This document shows positions 55,490 through 64,000 of a stretch of DNA of 64,000 bases, piece by piece; the stretch's first letter is position 1, and the number at the start of each line of letters is the position of its first letter. Source of the DNA: a virus (taxonomy: Duplodnaviria; Caudoviricetes); IMG/VR virus record IMGVR_UViG_3300032216_002106, positions 1-64,000 of that record; one strand, 5' to 3'. The notes under the pieces are model-generated. The model ran no database searches and was not told where the DNA came from. It saw only the letters and a list, made by a program, of their open reading frames with translations. Position numbers and translations under genes: made by a program.

Positions 55490-56653
55490 GTGTTTATTGA
55501 TAACGATTTTCCGAAGATTCTTGGTGCCGAACTGTATCGGCCCCACCCCGCATACATTTGCGAAATGGCTGTTGAGCCTGTGGTGGTCCATGACTTCACC
55601 CGCCAACCTGGCCAAACCGTTCAACTAGATCGCTACAAGTTCTGGGGTACTCCTGGTACTAAGGACAGCCGCGAACGGATCTCCGATCAAACCATCGGTA
55701 CCGCCAACAGCCGTAACATCACCAAGGAAAAAGTCCTTGTGGTGCTTAAGGAATACACTGGTCCCGCTGACCCGTCTGATCCTACCCAACCTTCAACCTT
55801 TAAGATCGCACGGGAAACCCTGATTACCGCCCAACGTCTCCTTCTGGATACAGGTAATCTGAATATGTTCCACCAGTCCATTGGTTCATTGACCCTCTTG
55901 GACGACTACCGCCGGTGGCGCGACCGTGTGTTTATTGACGAACTTGCCAAGGCAGAAGCCAATGGTGAAGCTTCAACCACCCAAGGCGGTTACTACTTTC
56001 CTGGTGGTAAGAACAAGAACGCTTCTGGTCAAGTTGCTTACACCACTGCCGAGTATGCAGCACAAGTTCAGCAATTTCACGTTTCAACTGACTTGTTGAA
56101 CGTTGTCAAGGATCTGCGTAAGCGTAACGTTCCTACCTTCTCTGATGGTCTGTATCGTTGCATTTGCGATCCTACGTTCATGATGCATCTGCGTCGTGAC
56201 GCTGACTTCCGTGAAATTGCTCGTTACTCTGGTAACCCTGGTCAAGGCATGTACATGGGTAACCCCATGATGCCTAACAACACCAGCTTCTACCAAGGTC
56301 CTCAAGCTGGTCAAGGTTACTTCCTCGCTGGCGAACCTGTAATGCCTACTGGCGTTCAGTTTGAAGGTGTGAAGTTCTACGAATCAACCAACTTCCCCAC
56401 CAAGAACGTTTCCGCTAGCTTCACTGACAGCGTTTCTTACAGCAGCCAAGAAGTTGCTCAAGGTTTCTTCTTCGGTCCCCAAGCCATTGGCGTGGGTGTT
56501 GGTGGTCCTAACGCTCAAGTGCTCATCAATAACAATGATGACTTTAGCCGCTTCATCATCTTGATCTGGCAACTGTACGCTGGTTTTGAAATCCTGAACA
56601 AGGACTTCGTTACCAATGCATACAGCTTTGTCAGCGATGACGGCATTCTTTGA
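55490..56653 (+). CDS. major capsid protein (HK97-fold, N4-gp56-like)
   Basis: 387 aa; strongly biased codon usage; DF..QPGQTVQLDRY, FFFGPQAIG...DDFSRFIILIWQLYAGF. Confidence 0.8.
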   Translation: MFIDNDFPKILGAELYRPHPAYICEMAVEPVVVHDFTRQPGQTVQLDRYKFWGTPGTKDSRERISDQTIGTANSRNITKEKVLVVLKEYTGPADPSDPTQPSTFKIARETLITAQRLLLDTGNLNMFHQSIGSLTLLDDYRRWRDRVFIDELAKAEANGEASTTQGGYYFPGGKNKNASGQVAYTTAEYAAQVQQFHVSTDLLNVVKDLRKRNVPTFSDGLYRCICDPTFMMHLRRDADFREIARYSGNPGQGMYMGNPMMPNNTSFYQGPQAGQGYFLAGEPVMPTGVQFEGVKFYESTNFPTKNVSASFTDSVSYSSQEVAQGFFFGPQAIGVGVGGPNAQVLINNNDDFSRFIILIWQLYAGFEILNKDFVTNAYSFVSDDGIL

Positions 56654-56684
56654 TATCAATAAGTAAACCAACACGGAGAGATAA

Positions 56685-57482
56685 ATGACCTACCTGTCTA
56701 CTAAAAAGATCTACCCCGGCAACTGGGTAGAAGCCCTCAACGGCTGGTACAAAAACATTGATACCACCGGTGGCACCACGGTTAACGCTTCCAAGGATGG
56801 CCCCACTGCTGTTCTTGCTATTCCCGGCTGGCGCTACTACCAACAACGTGGCTATGTGCCCGTGACCTGGGCCTCTGGCAACGCCACAACTTATGGTCAA
56901 ACCATGAGTGTGATCATTCCTTCCCCTTATCGTCAAGACGACACCCGTCCTGACATCACTGGGATGGTGATCAGCGGTGACACCGTACAATCCGCTTACA
57001 TTTATCGCACTGCTATTTCCGTTGCCTCAGGCTGGGGTGATGGTCGTTCGGCTTCTGGCGTTTATGCTACCACTGGTACCGTAATTGCTTTTGGCCGCGA
57101 TAACGCTGGTAGCCCCGTAGCTGCTTCCGGCGAACCTGTTGCTGCTGCTTACCTGGCTTCCACAGTTTCAGGTGATGCTTCCACCAAGATCTTCTTCTCA
57201 GGTGCTAGCCAAGCCTTTAGCTCCACTCCCCTTCTTATCACCTCTGGTACACCTACTGTTACCGGTGCGTATAAGACACTCACCACTGGTACCACCTTCA
57301 AGGTGTATGCCAAGGGTAGTGCAGACGGTACTTCCGCCACTGGTGGTGTGTATCTTTCTGATGCTGATGTGGCCGCAGGCCTCACCGGTTACATTATCGT
57401 TGAAGCTTGCTACATCGTTCCTGATACCGCTCCCGATTACTCAGATATCGAAGCGTATCTGCCTAACCGCACCGTAAGCTGA
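56685..57482 (+). CDS. abundant structural protein (capsid decoration or tail tube candidate)
   Basis: 265 aa, Thr/Gly/Ala-rich, MCP-like codon bias. Confidence 0.55.
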   Translation: MTYLSTKKIYPGNWVEALNGWYKNIDTTGGTTVNASKDGPTAVLAIPGWRYYQQRGYVPVTWASGNATTYGQTMSVIIPSPYRQDDTRPDITGMVISGDTVQSAYIYRTAISVASGWGDGRSASGVYATTGTVIAFGRDNAGSPVAASGEPVAAAYLASTVSGDASTKIFFSGASQAFSSTPLLITSGTPTVTGAYKTLTTGTTFKVYAKGSADGTSATGGVYLSDADVAAGLTGYIIVEACYIVPDTAPDYSDIEAYLPNRTVS

Positions 57483-57510
57483 TTAGGTTAAACTAATACC
57501 AGAACTTCTG

Positions 57511-57927
57511 GTGTCTATGCTTTACCAACACACAAAAACCGGTGCACGGGTCAAAGTCATTAGTGAATGGGATAACGGCGACTGGTTCCTGGTCGAAGAT
57601 CAAGACAGTCGCCTTTTTACCGTTTACAAAAATGAAATTAAACCCGATGAGTCTGCCACTAAAACGGTTAAGACTCTGCAAGTAAAAGACAAGGCATCAG
57701 CCGAGGAGCCCCGTAGCTTTCCACCCGAAACTCGTCTTAATATAAACTCAGCAACCCCACAAATGATTGCTGATCATATTAAGGGAATCGGACTTAAAAC
57801 TGCAAGGGAAATTAAAGATATTCAAATGAGTCTTTCCGGTGAAAGATTTAGTAACTTAGAACAGTTGAAACAAGTTCGTAGGGTAGACTGGGACTCTGTC
57901 TTTGCTGCCAACCTGGTACGAGTGTGA
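57511..57927 (+). CDS. helix-hairpin-helix (ComEA-like) domain protein
   Basis: RLNINSAT...IKGIGLKTAREI...GERFSNLEQLKQV. Confidence 0.7.
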   Translation: MSMLYQHTKTGARVKVISEWDNGDWFLVEDQDSRLFTVYKNEIKPDESATKTVKTLQVKDKASAEEPRSFPPETRLNINSATPQMIADHIKGIGLKTAREIKDIQMSLSGERFSNLEQLKQVRRVDWDSVFAANLVRV

Positions 57928-57930
57928 TAT

Positions 57931-57960
57931 AAACCCTGCTTCGGCAGGGTTTTTTATTTT
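57931..57960 (+). terminator. intrinsic terminator
   Basis: AACCCTGC-TTCG-GCAGGGTT followed by a T run. Confidence 0.9.
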
Positions 57961-57982
57961 AGAATAGTAATAAAATACTCAT

Positions 57983-58690
57983 ATGGCAGGCGTAGGCGGT
58001 TTATTTAATATCGGAACAATAGGGGCCACTGGTACTGCCACTGGTCCACATATTCATCAATACGTAAAAGATTTAACAACAGGACAATATATAAATCCTG
58101 AAACAATTAAGAGTGCACTTACTGGTGTGCAGATTGGCGAAGGAAGAGTCCCTTTGGTCAGGCGTCTTGCTGGCGGAAGTTTAGCTTGGAACCCAGAAGC
58201 AGGGCTTACCATTACGTCAAGTTTTGCACCAAGAAATGCGCCAATGGCAGGCGCAAGCACTGATCATAAAGGCATTGATTTTGCAGGCCTAAAAGGCACA
58301 CCTGTTTATATGCAGGGTTATGGCACTGCTGTACCAACAGCTAATGCCGGTGGCTTTGGTAATTTAATGGCTTTTAAAACTGCAGATAATAAATATGAGG
58401 TAGGTTTTGGACATCTAGATACGTTAGGGAAAGCAGGCCAAGTTTTACCCGCTGGCACTACAACACCACAGACCGTGCTTACCGCACAACAACGTCAGCA
58501 AGATCAATTGGCAGGCGCTGGAGCAGCGCTAAGTTTAATGGGTCGTTTATTTGGTCAAGCAAAACAAAGCAGGGATAGTTCACAAAATATATATAGTAGC
58601 CTGCTCAGTTCAGCAATAGCGCCACAACGGGATGTAGCAAGTGATTTCTTGATGAGTTATGTGATGCAACAAAATCCTTATCAAGCTTAG
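57983..58690 (+). CDS. M23 metallopeptidase, circularly permuted
   Basis: IGTIGATGTATGPHIH at the N-terminus; HKGIDF...GTPVY...GFGN...GHL downstream. Confidence 0.7.
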   Translation: MAGVGGLFNIGTIGATGTATGPHIHQYVKDLTTGQYINPETIKSALTGVQIGEGRVPLVRRLAGGSLAWNPEAGLTITSSFAPRNAPMAGASTDHKGIDFAGLKGTPVYMQGYGTAVPTANAGGFGNLMAFKTADNKYEVGFGHLDTLGKAGQVLPAGTTTPQTVLTAQQRQQDQLAGAGAALSLMGRLFGQAKQSRDSSQNIYSSLLSSAIAPQRDVASDFLMSYVMQQNPYQA

Positions 58691-58736
58691 ATATAAATTT
58701 GTTGCACCTATAATGTAAGAACGGTGGTAATCATCA

Positions 58737-59198
58737 GTGCAGTTATCTGATTTTGACAAAAGCAGGGTAAGGTATCATCTGGGATATTTTACAGTTTCTG
58801 TTCCAGCGGGGGACTATGCTCGCCTGGAGGAATCTTTAAATACTGTTCCTGATTCTTTCTTCTACGATAAAATCATTATTCAGATTGGTCGTTGTGATAC
58901 AGCCGAGAAAAAAACAGAAGTAGCAACATCTCCTTCTACAAGAATTGAAAGTATTCTTGGTGACGTTGATCGTACAATTCGATCAAGTAATGCTAAAGAA
59001 GCTCTTAAGGTATGGGACGAAGTATACTTATACGAAACCAATCGTTTGGCCATGATTCTTTATGTGCCAAACTATAAAGATCCCTTTCAGGCTCGTTATC
59101 GATATGAGCGCTCAGGTGCTGAGTTTATTCAAGCACTCCCTGGTCCCGCCGATACTGCAGTGGGTTCACGTATTTGGTTACACCTAAATCATCGTTGA
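58737..59198 (+). CDS. putative head-completion/adaptor protein
   Basis: 153 aa helical protein in the structural module. Confidence 0.4.
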   Translation: MQLSDFDKSRVRYHLGYFTVSVPAGDYARLEESLNTVPDSFFYDKIIIQIGRCDTAEKKTEVATSPSTRIESILGDVDRTIRSSNAKEALKVWDEVYLYETNRLAMILYVPNYKDPFQARYRYERSGAEFIQALPGPADTAVGSRIWLHLNHR

Positions 59199-59211
59199 GG
59201 AAACGTTTGTC

Positions 59212-60195
59212 ATGCCTACCCCTGCTCCTGGAACTAGTTTTAATATTGGAAGCCTGCTTAAAAATCTTAATCCTTTAACTCAATATGCTGTACGAAACCC
59301 TCCCTGGAACAGAGGTGGCCCTACACTAAAACCTTCTAGTGCTCCTGGCCTTTCTGGAATGGCTATTCTCGATGAAGTACCTGGAGTACTTGAAAGAGGC
59401 GGAGATGCTGCCCGTAAATTCTATGAGCTTGGTAAAGGAGTTATTGAAAGGCGCCCCTGGAACGAGGTGCGCAACAACTTCATGCAACCAACAGAATTTA
59501 AAAATACTGGAATAATGCAAAATTTAGCAGATAGAGCTGCCAATGAAATTATTTATTCAGGCAAAGAAGCGTTAAGTGGGCATATTCCTTACACAAGCCG
59601 TGGTGTTTCTAGTCTTCCCCCAGGCTATACCCACGATGAATTGGTTCTTGCAGCCAAAGCCAGGGCTTCTCAGATCGGCACTAATCGAGAAGGTAGTGCA
59701 GGCGGCGGCAGCATAGGTGGCGGTAACATGGGTGGATATGTACCTTTTGGTGGTAGCGCCGGTCAGACACTTATGGCTCCCGGTTCTCCAGCAGCAGATC
59801 GTGCGTACGCCTCTGAGCTTTCTAGTGTTGCTCAACAAGCAGCTCAAAATCCCATGCTGCAGCAGTACCAAGATTTACGTACTTCTGATCCAGCTGCTGC
59901 CCAAGATCTTGGTATGCGTATATGGGCAGAAAAGCACCGTGGTCTAGCAGAAAAAGTTAAGCCTGGTCAATCTGGTTATGATGTTATCCAGCAAGTACTT
60001 GCAGGACAAACACCTGGGTCACAAGCTAAAGTTCCTGGAGTTGTTTCTCAACCCTGGGCAGAAGGAGTGGTTTCAGTGGGTGATGCAACTCGTGCAGGAC
60101 TTCCTTTGACATCTGACCAATCTATTTATTCAGCAATACCTGAAATATCTGAAGAAGAAATGCGAAAAATAATGTTTAACTATCGACCGGAGTAG
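59212..60195 (+). CDS. hypothetical virion protein
   Basis: 327 aa. Confidence 0.5.
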   Translation: MPTPAPGTSFNIGSLLKNLNPLTQYAVRNPPWNRGGPTLKPSSAPGLSGMAILDEVPGVLERGGDAARKFYELGKGVIERRPWNEVRNNFMQPTEFKNTGIMQNLADRAANEIIYSGKEALSGHIPYTSRGVSSLPPGYTHDELVLAAKARASQIGTNREGSAGGGSIGGGNMGGYVPFGGSAGQTLMAPGSPAADRAYASELSSVAQQAAQNPMLQQYQDLRTSDPAAAQDLGMRIWAEKHRGLAEKVKPGQSGYDVIQQVLAGQTPGSQAKVPGVVSQPWAEGVVSVGDATRAGLPLTSDQSIYSAIPEISEEEMRKIMFNYRPE

Positions 60196-60203
60196 TCAAC
60201 AAT

Positions 60204-60944
60204 ATGGCACCTAACATTGGAACAATGTATGGAGTTCCTGAAAATACATTCAGGAGAATGCTTCAGGTTGCAACCCTAGAAGCAAGAGATCCTACCCGTG
60301 GCGCAATGCCAGGGACTGTTGCGTCCATGATTAACCGCTACCATAATCCCGACTATGGCAGTAATGCAAGTTGGATAAATCCAGCTCAGTATGCCGCAAT
60401 GAAAGCTCCTGGCTTTGGTCAAGTTGACCCAGGAAAAGCTTTAGGTTATTACAGTTCTGATAAAGGACGACAAGAGCTTGGCCGCGTAGCAAAAGAATTA
60501 GGTGGTAAAACTGATTTTCGTAGCACTTCATATTTAAAAGACATTGGGCAGCTAATGTCCCATCCTGATAATTTAATTCCCGCAATGGTCGGAGGTGTGC
60601 AACGATACCTAAACCCACAACAATTAAAAACTTTGGGCGCGTCTCCTAATCTTTCAGAGAATACATTTTTTAATGAGGGCAAGCGATCACCAACTAAAAA
60701 ATGGTGGGAATCAAGTTTAGGTGCTCCTGCTGGTACTAGCACAAGCGCTGCTCCTGCTCAGGCCTCGACAGCATTGGATACATTAATAAGTGCTGGAAAT
60801 TTATTTGGACAGAATGCAGTAGAAGAGATGAAAGGTCAATTAGGGCTTGAGTTGCTAGCAAAACAACTTCAACCGCAACCTTCTTCTGTTGCAAATGCTT
60901 TCTTAGCCTCTATGCTTCAGGATCCTTATTCAGCTCAAATCTAA
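60204..60944 (+). CDS. SleB-like cell-wall hydrolase
   Basis: VATLEAR...VASMINRY.NP.Y...PAQY resembles the SleB EAxG...V..V..NR...QF pattern. Confidence 0.5.
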   Translation: MAPNIGTMYGVPENTFRRMLQVATLEARDPTRGAMPGTVASMINRYHNPDYGSNASWINPAQYAAMKAPGFGQVDPGKALGYYSSDKGRQELGRVAKELGGKTDFRSTSYLKDIGQLMSHPDNLIPAMVGGVQRYLNPQQLKTLGASPNLSENTFFNEGKRSPTKKWWESSLGAPAGTSTSAAPAQASTALDTLISAGNLFGQNAVEEMKGQLGLELLAKQLQPQPSSVANAFLASMLQDPYSAQI

Positions 60945-60989
60945 GCTGAATAAGTTAGAATTTAAATACGAAGAATTACGGTAAGAAAC

Positions 60990-61775
60990 TTGTCATCCAC
61001 TTCCTCGAATAAGCAACCGCTTTTTATTGACCGCCCACTGTTCGATTCTGTGCGAGTTACAACACAAACTGTTGGTAGTACTAGTACCAATACCTTGTTT
61101 GTGCAAGGGGGTCAAGCTCCGTCCATTCTTGTTGATATGGATGCGGCCCTTAGTGACGACATTAATAATGGCGGCGTAGTTGATTCAATTTCTATTGTCC
61201 GCAACGATAATTACAGGGCCGCTGATTATACCCTAAGCACAACAACTTCTGGTACTACAATCTCACTTGTTAGTGGTCAGATTGTTAATGTAACAACTAC
61301 AGGCAGTTTCACTGGTTCAGGTGCAGCAGCAAGTGGCATTGGGTACTACACTTACACCGGCGCCACTACTCTGGTTGGGACAAATACAACCTTTGTTTAT
61401 TCAGGCGGTACAGCTTCTGGTTTTAATTATGCCAATCCAAGTTATGGGGTGCAACCTGCCGTAACTTTTGTATTTTACCAAACACGTAATACGACTGTAC
61501 CAATTCCAGCCAGCGGCGACTACAGGTTATTGTTCTCTAAAACAGTTCCCGCAAATAGCGGCATAGTAGATTGTTCAGATGTGATGCCCCAGTTGGCCAC
61601 TCCTACCGCCTCTGCGGGCAATACCAACGGTTTGGGACCTACGGCACCCTTGCGTAATAAAGGCATCTACCTGGAGCGAGGAGACCGCATCTACGTAGGT
61701 GTATTCCCTGATGGTCCTCATACAGCTGGTTATACTCCCGGTGCACAGGTTTATGCACAAGGTGGTTTCTTCTAA
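60990..61775 (+). CDS. putative tail structural protein
   Basis: 261 aa, Thr/Gly/Ser-rich beta protein. Confidence 0.5.
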   Translation: MSSTSSNKQPLFIDRPLFDSVRVTTQTVGSTSTNTLFVQGGQAPSILVDMDAALSDDINNGGVVDSISIVRNDNYRAADYTLSTTTSGTTISLVSGQIVNVTTTGSFTGSGAAASGIGYYTYTGATTLVGTNTTFVYSGGTASGFNYANPSYGVQPAVTFVFYQTRNTTVPIPASGDYRLLFSKTVPANSGIVDCSDVMPQLATPTASAGNTNGLGPTAPLRNKGIYLERGDRIYVGVFPDGPHTAGYTPGAQVYAQGGFF

Positions 61776-61777
61776 GG

Positions 61778-63334
61778 ATGGCCTTTAAGGGAGCAGATGC
61801 CTTCGGGTCTTTTGAACGTAAGAAAGACTTTGTTATCAAAAATGTTACCCCTATTACCACTGAATTTTCTAAAGGAAGTGTCCGTGGTTCTATTGCTGCT
61901 GTAAACAGAGAGTCTGCTTGGACAAGATGGCGCCGTGGCTATGAGCTATCCTCATCTAGCTCTTATGACAACGCATATCAATATAGATTTATATATGACA
62001 TTCCGTTCCCTTCAGGAACTGTAACACCTTCTGGCACTAATCCCGTCTCTACTGTTTCAGGTGCATTCAAAGGATTTCCAACCACAGCAAAAGAATTTGG
62101 TATGCACTGGGCTGGTGTTCGTAACCAGGGCAACATGCGTACTGATGAGTTATTTGATTCATTGGGCGAAAGGCTGTCAATTGTAAATGTTACAGAAGAT
62201 AGGTATTACTGGTATGTACAACTAAAGGGGACTTGGAGCCCAAGCAATCCGCTACCCGCCCCTTTATACGCTACAGTCTCTGGAGTCACAACACCACTCA
62301 AGCCAATGAACGGTGAGATCCTGGAGGACAGGGTAATCACAGTTAGCGGAACTCCTATAACAGCAGCAACAATTAATCCCAATACACAAAAAAGATATGG
62401 TTATGTTCAAGCAGTGTTAGTAGACGTAGATCAAAATACTGGAATCCTCAAGTTAAAAAAAGCTGGGTCTGTAGAAGTAACACATGATAAAGCTTTCTTA
62501 ACACCAGCAACTAAGCCACCGGCCATTGGAAGATTTTTAATTACTGGCACTAGATACGCCTGTACCTGCCAAGATTTTACGCACAGAGATTACTTCTTTA
62601 TGTCATCAATTAATGACACGACCAGAAAATATTTTCCTTACTCAAGTGTCACATCAATCAAGCCTGGGCGCTATGAAGACATTACATTAAGTGGTCAGCT
62701 TGATAACAACACAACATCATATTCATTAAATGACAGAGTAATGACCGTTGTTGCACCTTCAGCTACATATCAACTATTAGACGACATTGCCATATCAGAA
62801 GTAAATCGTTTAGCAACAAGAGATAATCCAGGTGTATTCAGAGACTTTGGTGCAACCTATGTACGTAGCATAACGGATCCCTCGCTCCCTGGTAACACAG
62901 CTGAAGGGATGCCTGTGTACACAGACTATTCACAAGAACAAAACGTAATTACAAATCTTGGAGATAACTGGTCACCAGTATTAGATGAGATGCGTTACTG
63001 CAAACATATCTATGCAATGAAGTTTGAAGAACATGTGTTTCCTCCCGAGCCTTCTGATTTTCCAGTGGGCATGGATTCAATGGCAGAGTGGGAACAAAAG
63101 CTAGTACAAGAATCAGAAGACAATCAAAAACAATACCAAGCATTTAACATAACTAAAAAAGCCTTAAGTTACATGGATGTTCCGCCGTATAACTGTCAGT
63201 CTCCTGTGATGGCTCCAATGCTGCAAAAGTTATTTAATATTCCAAATCAAATTGTTAGCCTGTCAGGATTCAAAATGATTGATAAAACTGGACATATTTA
63301 CATACCAGCTTCAGGAGAAAAACCTTCTGTGTAA
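61778..63334 (+). CDS. hypothetical protein with split SWIM-like Zn site
   Basis: YACTCQDF...~140 aa...RYCKHIY. Confidence 0.5.
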   Translation: MAFKGADAFGSFERKKDFVIKNVTPITTEFSKGSVRGSIAAVNRESAWTRWRRGYELSSSSSYDNAYQYRFIYDIPFPSGTVTPSGTNPVSTVSGAFKGFPTTAKEFGMHWAGVRNQGNMRTDELFDSLGERLSIVNVTEDRYYWYVQLKGTWSPSNPLPAPLYATVSGVTTPLKPMNGEILEDRVITVSGTPITAATINPNTQKRYGYVQAVLVDVDQNTGILKLKKAGSVEVTHDKAFLTPATKPPAIGRFLITGTRYACTCQDFTHRDYFFMSSINDTTRKYFPYSSVTSIKPGRYEDITLSGQLDNNTTSYSLNDRVMTVVAPSATYQLLDDIAISEVNRLATRDNPGVFRDFGATYVRSITDPSLPGNTAEGMPVYTDYSQEQNVITNLGDNWSPVLDEMRYCKHIYAMKFEEHVFPPEPSDFPVGMDSMAEWEQKLVQESEDNQKQYQAFNITKKALSYMDVPPYNCQSPVMAPMLQKLFNIPNQIVSLSGFKMIDKTGHIYIPASGEKPSV

Positions 63335-63450
63335 GTTTTTTGTAGTATAATATAACGAAGACTAATTGGTCTTCAGGAATTAAAGGGCTAGCTGTATTGC
63401 ACCAGGCTAGCCTGTTGGTTAAAGTCTAGGCAACGATATGAACGCTTTCC

Positions 63451-63876
63451 ATGACCTATACTATTTCCCCTCCCCTCGATCAGAGGGTAGTTGACGATTT
63501 TTTCCGTTTATTAAAAAGCCGCAAGACCAGTAAGCTTGCCTGGTTTTATGGTATGCTTGCAACCTTTGGGGTGAAACCTGAACACTTAAGAGGTTTTACT
63601 TGGAATAATGACGGAACAATTAATATTTCTAGCAAGAAAAAACCAGTACGACCCATGCATCCGCAATGGGTTTTTTTGTTTCAACTCAAAGAAAAGCAAC
63701 CCCCAAATCTTGAGAGTTGCTGGAGAGATGCTTGGTTACTTATTTATGAAGCCATGGCATGCAAAGAAGTTCAATGTAATGTAATTGAACTTTTACTTGC
63801 CTATAAAATGCGTAAAGCTTTCTATAAAGCTTCTAAGCCATCGGCTCAGCCATCTCCTTCTCTCGCTTACGCATAG
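63451..63876 (+). CDS. degenerate, truncated cyanobacterial-type tyrosine integrase
   Basis: WFYGMLATFGVKPEHL (cf. YGLRPHE), PMHPQWV..FQL, AYKMRKAF (cf. YDLRHAY); ends before the catalytic Tyr region. Confidence 0.55.
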   Translation: MTYTISPPLDQRVVDDFFRLLKSRKTSKLAWFYGMLATFGVKPEHLRGFTWNNDGTINISSKKKPVRPMHPQWVFLFQLKEKQPPNLESCWRDAWLLIYEAMACKEVQCNVIELLLAYKMRKAFYKASKPSAQPSPSLAYA

Positions 63877-64000
63877 TCCGCTGCACAGCACCCTGGTTCC
63901 AAAGATAGCTTTCCCTGGAATAGGTCTTGCCCTTGAAGGCAGCGTAGTGTGGCCCTAGTTTGAAGGTGCCATCATCCCGCATGCGGAATAGAGTTTGACG
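63833..64000 (-). CDS. excisionase-like winged-HTH protein, 5' end outside the window
   Basis: hand translation RQTLFRMRDDGTFKLGPHY...SYLWNQGAVQRTM...; stop TAG at 63833. Confidence 0.5.
   Translation of the reverse strand, partial: RQTLFRMRDDGTFKLGPHYAAFKGKTYSRESYLWNQGAVQRTMRKREKEMAEPMA

Noticed and set aside
1464-61860. numerous short antisense or alternate-frame ORFs in the track (e.g. 1464, 5129, 7058, 14177, 24187, 27660, 43155, 52642, 54378, 56384)
   Set aside because: They lie inside longer, well-supported genes and show no motifs; treated as shadow ORFs.
63361-63450. tRNA or attP site next to the integrase remnant
   Set aside because: Only a simple GGCTAGC/GCTAGCC hairpin; no cloverleaf or recognisable att core.

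Overview
The window is part of a tailed dsDNA phage genome, most likely a freshwater or polar cyanophage. From memory its gene content resembles S-EIV1-like Synechococcus phages; this was not verified by search. It has three blocks. (1) 0.2-16.5 kb: lysis, HNH, sugar-modification and auxiliary genes (endolysin, two glycosyltransferases, two methyltransferases, speD, dps) around a primase-helicase and an exonuclease. (2) 16.5-37.4 kb: a leftward early/middle block of mostly small genes plus SSB, a T7-like DNA polymerase A, GP88, PcfJ-like and Gp157-like genes, with an opposite-strand NblA-like candidate. (3) 38.2-63.3 kb: a rightward late block with putative internal virion proteins, a terminase large subunit carrying a Pro-start class 3 intein, portal, scaffold, major capsid protein, a circularly permuted M23 peptidase and a SleB-like hydrolase. 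A degenerate integrase and an excisionase-like gene end the window. The most striking unexplained signal is non-coding. Many junctions between the leftward genes carry repeated structured RNA elements with compensatory changes between copies: eight copies of a small H-type pseudoknot resembling the plant-virus coremin exoribonuclease-resistant motif, three tRNA-elbow-like three-way junctions starting at stop codons, four or five copies of a second hairpin leader, and one ~360-nt highly structured ORF-poor RNA. Together these suggest an RNA-level processing, stabilisation or translation system. No tRNA genes or CRISPR array were found. All family assignments are by eye.
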